A stretch of DNA of 64,000 nt from Tubulanus polymorphus (taxonomy: Eukaryota > Animalia > Nemertea): positions 1,520,485 through 1,584,484 of the forward strand of contig NC_134027.1 in the NCBI RefSeq assembly GCF_964204645.1. The letters run 5' to 3'. Below are positions 55,301-64,000 of the stretch, piece by piece. Numbering within the stretch: the first letter of the stretch is position 1; each line of letters starts with the position of its first letter. Under the pieces are notes generated by a model, which saw only the letters and a program-made list of their open reading frames with translations, did not search any database and was not told the DNA's origin. The position numbers and the translations under genes were made by a program.

Positions 55301-58300
55301 TTAAAAAAATTATCCCTACAACACAAACTGAGATTTCATTATAGATTTTCCAGTAAAGTTCATTCTTACTTCAGGAATGAATAAGTTTTCTATGCATGAA
55401 ATGTCTATGTTTGTATTATACGACCTGAAGTGTTCATAATAGATAAACATGATCAGTCAAGCTTTAAGACCTTTTCACCTTTCAGAGCTGGCTTCACACC
55501 CGCTACTAATAATTGACAACTATGAACTGCATAGTAAACGATTATGTTTCTGACCCAAGATTAATTTGAAGAAATACAGAACAAATTATCTTAGCTAACG
55601 ACTACTGGTAGACCCTCTATACACACTGAGATATCTAAAACTTATTACATTACCCTGAATTCCTAAACTTTGTCACCAGTTCGTCAAACATCGTTTTTAG
55701 ATCCTGAAAAATAGACGATACATGTTGTATTCAGAACTGGGTCAAGTAACTGTGGAACTGGGTCTAGTAACTGTGGAAGTGGGTCCAGTAACTGTGAATC
55801 AGGGTTCAGTAACTGTGGATCAGGGTTCAGTAACTGTGGAACTGGGTCCAGTAACTGTGGATCAGGGTTCAGTAACTGTGGAACTGGGTCCAGTAACTGT
55901 GGATCAGGGTTCAGTAACTGTGGAACTGGGTCCAGTAACTGTGGATCAGGGTTCAGTTACTGTGGAACTGGGTCCAGTAACTGTGGATCAGGGTTCAGTA
56001 ACTGTGAATCAGGGTTCAGTAACTGTGGAACTGGGTCCAGTAACTGTGGATCAGGGTTCAGTAACTGTGATCAGGGTTCAGTAACTGTGGAACTGGGTCC
56101 AGTTACTGTGGATCAGGGTTCAGTAACTGTGGAACTGGGTCCAGTAACTGTGGATCAGGGTTCAGTTACTGTGGAACTGGGTCCAGTAACTGTGGATCAG
56201 GGTTCAGTAACTGTGAATCAGGGTTCAGTAACTGTGGAACTGGGTCCAGTAACTGTGAATCAGGGTTCAGTAACTGTGGAACTGGGTCCAGTAACTGTGG
56301 AACTTGTTGGATAGAAATTTTATCTTACCTTCTGTGAGTCTGATACTGAAGCTGGCGCTGTGTGTGGACGGAAACCACTTTTGGCCGACACTGAAAAATC
56401 ACATACGATAATTTAGGAAAATACAGAAAAATCAAATGAAACGTTATTCGATGTAAATTGTAACTAACGAGTAAATCTCGGTCGTCGTCTCGTTTCATCA
56501 GATGTAAACGGACGTTCAGCCAATAACTGAGCAGCTAAAACATCATCATCATCATCATTCTTCTCCTCATCGTCTGTGAAATTACCACCATCGTCATAAT
56601 CATCGATATCCACCTCTATATCCATACTTAAACCGCCGTTGTCACGGTTACTCGAATACGACCTCGACCTCGTCGGCAGACGGAATGATAATCGATCGGT
56701 TTTTTTCGGATGTCGAGTCGTTGAGACACGCGTTAGATGTCCGAGCGCTGGTTGCTCCGGCGACGGTGACAATGACTCTTGTTCAGTCGATGTATCGATC
56801 GTTTCTTTCGATTGTGTGACAACATCTGATTAGAAAAATATCAAATTTATAGTTAAATATATTTGAATGCATCGGTTATAAACTGACAAAACTTTAGTTT
56901 CAAAGAAAACCAACTCAGGCTGAACAGGGACGGATCCAGGCTGGAAGAATGGAGTTTTTGAAAATTTAGGTACATCTTCATGGAATTTCAGTGCATAATA
57001 GACAAAGATCAGTACAGAGGATATGAAGTCGATTTTCATAGGGCACGTGGTCAGAAAAAGGAGAGCGTGAACCCTCAAATCCCTTCTGAATCCGCCACTG
57101 CTGAACAAAACTCTATATCTAGAGAAAACCTACTCAGGCTCAGAGTAAAACCACAGTCATGAAAATACATGGTGAATATCGTGTATTCATTATTATTATC
57201 AGGAGCCAGTTGCACAGTTGACAGAGCTGAATATAGCTCCAAAGTTTATCTTACCCTTTACAGAATTGGTTTCAATTAAACATTAAATATTACTCAAAAT
57301 AGACTCAAATCTAGACTAAGAACTTTGGTGGAACCAGCTCAAAAATATACGTGTATTCATCAATAAATAGATGGTGATACAATCGAACACTGTGAAAACC
57401 TGTCAATCAATCTCAGCGTAGATCATAATGAATAACTGTACTTTACAACTATTATATTTCAAAAGTTTGTTTATCTCGCAGTTTCAAGATTTATCTAAAT
57501 CCCAATATTGTAACTGTTGAAGAAGATAAGATTTAGATAAATCTTAAAATTGTCAGATAAATAAACTAAACTAAATATCATCAATTGTGCAATTATTCAT
57601 TATCTCAGAACCCGTTTTTACAGTTGAGCATTGTGTAAAAGGCTTAGACTGAGAATTTCTCGAGGTGCTCAAAATACAAGTGAAATCACAGCACGAGGAC
57701 ATGCATTGAACTTCAGGCAGCAAGTGAAAATTTGAAAACATTCTACCATCATCTGATAATCCAGAATCATTATCCTCAGTAGTTAACCAGTTCCCACATC
57801 CTGTTACACCATACAAAATCAATCAATACAAAATACGCCAGTAATCAATCAACTTTTCATTTTGAAAACAAACATCGAGGAGGTAAGTACCTTGAGCAAG
57901 TTGAGGAGCAATATTGAGATCAGTTTTCTCAGTTTTGACTGCATCAGTTTCATCTAATAAAACATCACCGGAAACCTTTTCTGTAACTATTACTTGCGGC
58001 GTATCATCAAAAGTAACAGTACTAGATTGACCCTGAAGAGAGATAGAGCATCAGACGTGAATACAAATAAATAAATCATGAAATAGGGATGATGGCCCCT
58101 TTTACTTATATGATTGATTATCGGTAGATTTGATTAGATCTGGTATCCCTTACAAACCCACTACACTTGCCAGGAACTAAACTAGGGGTTTCGATTTTGA
58201 AAGATTGTGTGCGTTAATTTTTGTCTGCAGCCTGATTTAATATAAATCTACAGATAACATAAGATATAGGCTGATATTCACTTCACTCACTGATGCAAGT

Positions 58301-61300
58301 TGAACGGATGAATTCCTCTTCTTGTCAAAGAACATCATTTGCGTGCGTCCACCATTAGGTGTCTTGTTATTATTTGTAGGTTTAGCGGGTACAGGTTCTG
58401 ATTTGACGCCAGCGCTTGCCGCAGCTCCAACGCGACGTGGTTTAATATCTACAGCAGGTTTACGCGCTGTCGTTGCTGTTCTTTTTTCTGTATAATTGAA
58501 TCATAAATCGTATTGACTATCATTTCAGATTTGGCCATAGATATCTCTAATACCGGTAGATGGTTTTAAGATAGAGCATTAAACATGAGAAGAAAGAAAA
58601 CATGAACTACCGTACTGAGGTTAACATTATTACAAGGAGGGATAAATACCAGTTGTTACTAGAACCAAAGAATGAACATTCCATCACACATGTACACAGC
58701 GACGATAGGGATCATCACAAAGTTAGTTAAAGGTTACCTTTCAGATCGGGCGCCTCGGATAATGAACTGCTATCTTCTTCTTTTAATGAAGCAGGTAAAG
58801 CTGGAATATTTGTTATAGAAGCTCGAACTCTTCCTTTTCTCGCCTGTAGAAAAATATCGAGATATCAGATCGAAGTTTCATGATACACATTTCAATGTAC
58901 AATAATTGATCGATATATATTACCATGGATACCGGTGCCCGACCGTACATCTCACCCCATCGAGCTCCTTTTTTTTGTTCCTCCGTCATTTTTGGAACGG
59001 GAGGTTTCGATCTTTGTTTCTCTGCTTTTTTCGGTAATTTTCGATCGCTGGTTTGCATCTTTTTCCGTACTTCCCGTTTGACTGTTTTGTCGGGCAGTTT
59101 CTCGCCCTAAAACCGTTAAAAATGCAACGTTATTTTCGTAGACAAATAAATTTGTAGATTATTCTCTAGTTCATTCAGAGCTCAGACAATATCCTAGATT
59201 TCTCAACTTCTCATCAGAGCAACTGTAGACAGATATTCCACCTCTACTGGTACTTACTGGTGGTACGAATGAAACCATGATATCAGTGCGTACGGGAGAC
59301 ATAGGTGGCGCCTCTTGTTGCTTTTTCTTCGCTTCTTCTGCCATCAAAGCCTTCGCATCGACAGTAAATGATTTCAGTTTCGATAATCGGTCATCAGTTA
59401 CCGTGGATACCGGAGATGACACTTTCTTCAGTTTATTGTCAATAACTACAACAAAATGAAATTAGACACTGATTTAAAGATATCCAATTACGATACAATT
59501 TAGATTGTCTGAAGTCTTGAAGATTCAGTAAATTGAATTGGAAATACAAATTTTGGGACTCAAAAATAGAGACAACTTAAGTAATTGTGATGACATACAG
59601 GGGCCAGTTGCTCAAAAGTCGATTAAAGAAAACCGGCAGATAGATGCCATAGTAACAATGCAATTTCAATTATCACTATGTCAACTATCCACTGGTTTAC
59701 TCTAACCAACTTTTGAGCAACTGGCTCCCGGTTTAGTAAATCGAACAAGAAAACATGTAGAAATGTAAAAACGGCTGGAGTATTGTGAAGAGTTTGACAG
59801 TATGAAAACTCCAAGTAACGAATAGAATGAAACAAAAAGTGCAACACGAAAGTTAGAATTACCATCTAGAGAGGATGGCTTTAGTGCAGCAGTTGTAATT
59901 GAGCGTGCTATCTTAATAGCTGAACTATTCGGCATAGCAAAACTGGGAATTGTGAGGAATGTACTGGGTACAACGTGTTGACTGGATGGAATATTTGTAG
60001 CGCTCGGTAAACGGAAATACGGCGAAGACGAAGCCGGTTTTATATGATCGGTGCTTAGACAAGGATCGACGTTGAAAACAGATGAAGTGCTGATGTTAGA
60101 CGAGAAACTAGCGATAGATGAGAATTGAGAAACTACAAAGAAAGAAGATTAGAATTAGTGAGAGACACAGAGTGTTTAGTGCGAGGTCAACAAGCTGGAA
60201 ACTGTTATCAATAATATTCCATTGAAATATGACAGAAAAATGTTAAAAGTAATCAATAATCAATGACAAGACCCACAGTAACATCTTTCACATTTTTGAA
60301 CAAATAAATCAAATCATTATTTCATGGGACAAAATAGTATCTTAACGCTTAAAATCGGGAACAGTTGACAGCTGTATGGCAGCAGACCCGATGATTCAGC
60401 TCACCTCGGCCTTCTTTATCACGAATAATCTGGACATCGGCTTCCAACTGACTGCGTTGCCTAGGTGACTTACTCTCATCTTTATCCTCATCAACCTCCG
60501 TCTCTTCATCCTAAACGCAAGAACATGCAACTATCGATCATTATAACGCAGCAATTGATATTTCTTATTTCCCACAAGTTTGAGTTTTTGTTGATAGCGC
60601 ATTGAGCTGTTTCATCAGGTAAATGAGTCAACATGGAGAAACAACAGTAGTTACAGGGAGAGTGATTCTTATTCAAGAACACAGAGTGATCAGGCTTATT
60701 ACAAATGAATTATGAATTATTGGTTTGAACAGATTACCTCAGATAAATGTTCAACTTCACTGGTAACACTCGGTGTTGGTGGCACTGATGTAGTGGGAGT
60801 CGGACCCGGTGATATTCCAAACACCGGATATTCCATCCTGGACTCTTCTTCTTGTTTCACCATATTCGACACATCAGACACACTGATCGGCTGCACACGC
60901 TTCTTCTTCCCTGTAATAAACAATAAATACTACATTGTATATTCATAGTTCGTTAATGTAGCAGGAATTTATAGAAATTAAAACTTGATTATACCAGGGA
61001 GGTGGGAGTGAACTCCCACCTCCCTGCTTTAACCTAAATTTACAGATATTAAAGGTAGGAGTGGGTCGAACTTGCAACTAACAAGTTACACATGTTCTAT
61101 CTACGTTCTGCAACGCAACATAACCATCTCTTCCAGTCACAACTGATATATGCTGTTCATGCGACTGACAGACTATCATTGATGATCGACCTGAGCGCCT
61201 ATTTGCGATCAGTTGCGAGCAGTTTGCAAGTCGACCTACGCCAACCTTTACATATATCATGGTCTGCGAAAATGGGTTTTACGTAATACAAATAAATAAT

Positions 61301-63900
61301 GTGCGATTAATTGTTATACAGGAAAATAAAATACATGTTATATTATTACATTACTGTGATATTACGGGATTCATTAATCAATAAAATAAAATCAACACCA
61401 AGGAAACATCAACGCAACACACAGATCGACCGTACACATATTGCCGAATCTAGTTCCACGGCGTCCAGGATTACGTCGCACTTCAAGTTTTGCTTTCATT
61501 TCTGTAAATTTTTATCGAGCAAAATACAAAATATCATCAGTTTAAACTACCGTACCAGGGCTGCCAACCTCGGTAAAGTGCTATCAGTAACGAATTGAAT
61601 TTTCATCAATAACATTTCATTGAAATATGAAAGAAAATGTTCAAATTAATCAGTGATCAACAGTAAGACCCTCAGTAACATCTTTCATATTTCAGTTCAA
61701 ATTAATCAGTGATCAACAGTAAGAGCCTCAGTAACATCTTTCATATTTCAGTTCAAATGAATCAGTAATCAACAGTAAGACCCTCAGTAACATCTTTCAT
61801 ATTTCAGTTCAAATTAATCAGTGATCAACAGTAAGACACTCAGTAACATCTTTCATATTTCAGTTCAAATTAATCAGTAATCAACAGTAAGACCCTCAGT
61901 AACATCTTTCATATTTCTCTTCAAATTAATCAGTAATCAACAGTAAGACCCTCAGTAACATCTTTCATATTTCTATTCAAATTAATCAGTGATCAACAGT
62001 AAGACACTCAGTAACATCTTTCATATTTCTGTTCAAATTAATCAGTGATCAACAGTAAGACCCTCAGTAACATCTTTCATATTTCAGTTCAAATTAATCA
62101 GTAATCAACAGTAAGACCCTCAGTAACATCTTTCATATTTCGGTATACATCAAACCAGTCTTGTTACGAAAAAATAACAAAGACTGAAAATCAGGAACAG
62201 TTGGAAACTCTGAACTACAGGATGTACTGTAGACATAGAGAGACTCAATAGTGAAACCAAATCTCAGTTTGAGAATGAAACTATTAGGTAACAATAAGTT
62301 GAAATCTAACGAGCTACAGAGATTGGGGGCGGGGGAAAGGGAGGGTTTCTACAGATTTTATACCATGTTTTCGTAACTTCTTTTTTTCTACGGGAAAATT
62401 TGATTTTTCATTTGTATTCACTGAAAATTAAATGTACATGAATCAAATTTAAAGGTTTGAGATTTGGCCATTTGTCTGCTACTAAAGTACACCATTCACA
62501 CGTAGTAGAAGCTCATGGCACATTACCTTCTAATTTCTCTGTAAGCTTCATCTGTTCTTTAAGATCCCCGGATAAAATATCAGAACTCAGAGTCAGATCA
62601 ATTCCTGACATTTTAGGAGTTTCACGAGGTGATAAGTAGATTTCGGTCGGCGCCATTGATAACTCAGACTCCGTTTCTGACTCCTGCGAAAAAAATAATC
62701 AAAATCTTAAATAAATATTTTCAAGCATAACCCAGTCTGAACGCTTTGTTCCGAGTCACAGAACCTTCTTTCAATTAGATCATATGATATGCAGTTATTT
62801 GGCGCATGTTTGCCCGGCAAATTGGCACCGGTCCTGTGGCCAGAATAAATACTTAACCCCCATCCGTGATAAAAGTGACTCATCTGTTTCTGGAGAGCAC
62901 CTTCGATAATAGTTCCACTATCTATTCCTATTCTAATCTATAAATTTGTTACAAAAGACACAAACTTACGACATCTTCCTCATTGTCGGATTGTTTGAAA
63001 GCAGTTCGACCTTCGATAAAATCCTGAGAAAATTCCATATTAAACGGGATCAAGTAACTATCGATATCAACCGCATCCGGATTCTCAGATACTCCTTCAA
63101 ACACTACAGCCGGGTCTTCATAGATTTCAGATTCTACAAACACAAATAAAATGCGTATATAATGTTTCCGAGATGTTTCCTCGAGCTGATATTTCAGTCG
63201 ATACTTTATCCTAATAGCCATCTTACAGGAATAATAATGTCATAACAAAACTATCAGATATAGGCCTATATACAGTCCAGAAAAAAGGGACTGATTGAGC
63301 AATAAGATGGATACAAACAAAGGGTACAGTATCAAAGTCATCCAAAACATTTTTAACCATAGATTGAATTTTTGAAAGAGATATTCATGGATAGTAAAGT
63401 AAGAATCCAGTAGGCCTACCAGTTTCAAACTGTTCTTCGCATTCATCTTCTTCAACTATCAATGATGGACAAGCTGAAATTATTTCAAACAAACTTTTCA
63501 GTTCGACATGCAATAAAAACATCGGAGTGACGGCTGAATAACTGAAAAAACTCGCTGCTGCTGCTGATGCTGCTGCTGCTGAAGATGTCAATTGAAGTAA
63601 ATTAAATCAGAGACACAAATTGGGACCCAAAAATAGAGATGACTTATCTGATGACAACGTAAGCAAGTTTGACTGCAGTACAAATACTTCATCTTTTAGC
63701 ATTGGTTAAGACAACTCATAAAACCAATTGAATATTTCGACGTACTTTTTGAGCATTCAATAATGAAAATATGGTTCTTCATTCCGATTAGAATATCTCC
63801 GCGATTGTTGAAGAAACAAATCGAAGTCAGTGTGGCATCCATTGTTATCTCTGTTAACAGCGTTTTATCCGACAACCAAATCTTGATCGCTCCGTCACAA
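52352..63900 (-). CDS. 3' part of a large WD40-repeat protein, WDR87/WDR97-like; multi-exon, starts beyond the window end
   Basis: Exon CDGAIKIWLSDKTLLTEITMDATLTSICFFNNRGDILIGMKNHIFII is a WD40 repeat resembling the last blade of WDR87/WDR97; many minus-strand exons with GT-AG borders encode a long low-complexity tail ending ...RHKSQFHFT-like stop at 52352-52354; exon chain not fully verified. Confidence 0.6.
55735..56305 (+). repeat. 21-bp minisatellite with two alternating variants (GTAACTGTGGAACTGGGTCCA / GTAACTGTGGATCAGGGTTCA)
   Basis: About 27 copies; intronic. Confidence 0.95.
56925..57100. mobile_element. Short MITE
   Basis: CAGGGACGGATCCAG / CTGAATCCGCCACTG imperfect TIRs. Confidence 0.5.
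59601..59729. mobile_element. Short MITE
   Basis: GGGCCAGTTGCTCAAAAGT / ACTTTTGAGCAACTGGCTC TIRs; related degenerate element at ~57202-57340. Confidence 0.7.
61053..61247. mobile_element. PIF/Harbinger-type MITE related to 11308-11415
   Basis: AGGTAGGAGTGGGTCGAACTTGC / GCAAGTCGACCTACGCCAACCT with TAA/TTA flanks. Confidence 0.6.
61556..62212. mobile_element. hAT-like non-autonomous element carrying nine 56-bp tandem repeats (61640-62141)
   Basis: CAGGGCTGCCAAC / GTTGGAAACTCTG ends; unit TTCAAATTAATCAGTGATCAACAGTAAGACCCTCAGTAACATCTTTCATATTTCAG; diverged single-unit relative at ~60200-60375. Confidence 0.7.
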
Positions 63901-64000
63901 CTGAATTCAACAAACAAGATATAACTATGATTATTAGCTCGGGGTTCGAGTATCTCTGATTACATATTCATTGTAGATATCAATCACTTAGACTATCATT

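Noticed and set aside
55722-56314. ORFs of VTVELGPVTVDQGS repeats
   Set aside because: Translation of an intronic 21-bp minisatellite, antisense to the WD40 gene and interrupted by a frameshift

Overview
AT-rich, intron-containing animal genomic DNA (invertebrate, probably spiralian; not prokaryotic). Housekeeping genes in order: 3' end of COG4 (+), DNM1L/Drp1 (+), a TMEM121/CECR6-family gene (+), a small single-TM gene (+) about 100 bp upstream of UBXN6 (+), COQ9 (-) with an intronless glomulin (GLMN) ORF nested in intron 1 on the same strand, fucose kinase FCSK (+), and the 3' part of a large WDR87/WDR97-like gene (-). The most unusual region is ~27.1-40.2 kb, between the divergently transcribed COQ9 and FCSK. 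It holds tandem arrays of exon cassettes that each encode half of an hnRNP-A1/Musashi-type RRM: 9 N-half 'A' cassettes (~285-bp period) and 12 C-half 'B' cassettes (~340-bp period). Their splice phases are compatible, their intronic spacers are nearly identical, and the B coding cores are highly variable. The region also has three copies of a TATA-box promoter/leader module and an inverted partial copy. This may be a combinatorial RNA-binding-domain cassette library or a decaying, satellite-like gene amplification. Also present: a palindromic Penelope-type hammerhead ribozyme insertion with a 13-bp flanking duplication, many MITEs, a CORE-SINE and several minisatellites. All calls come from manual reading and translation; no database searches were run.
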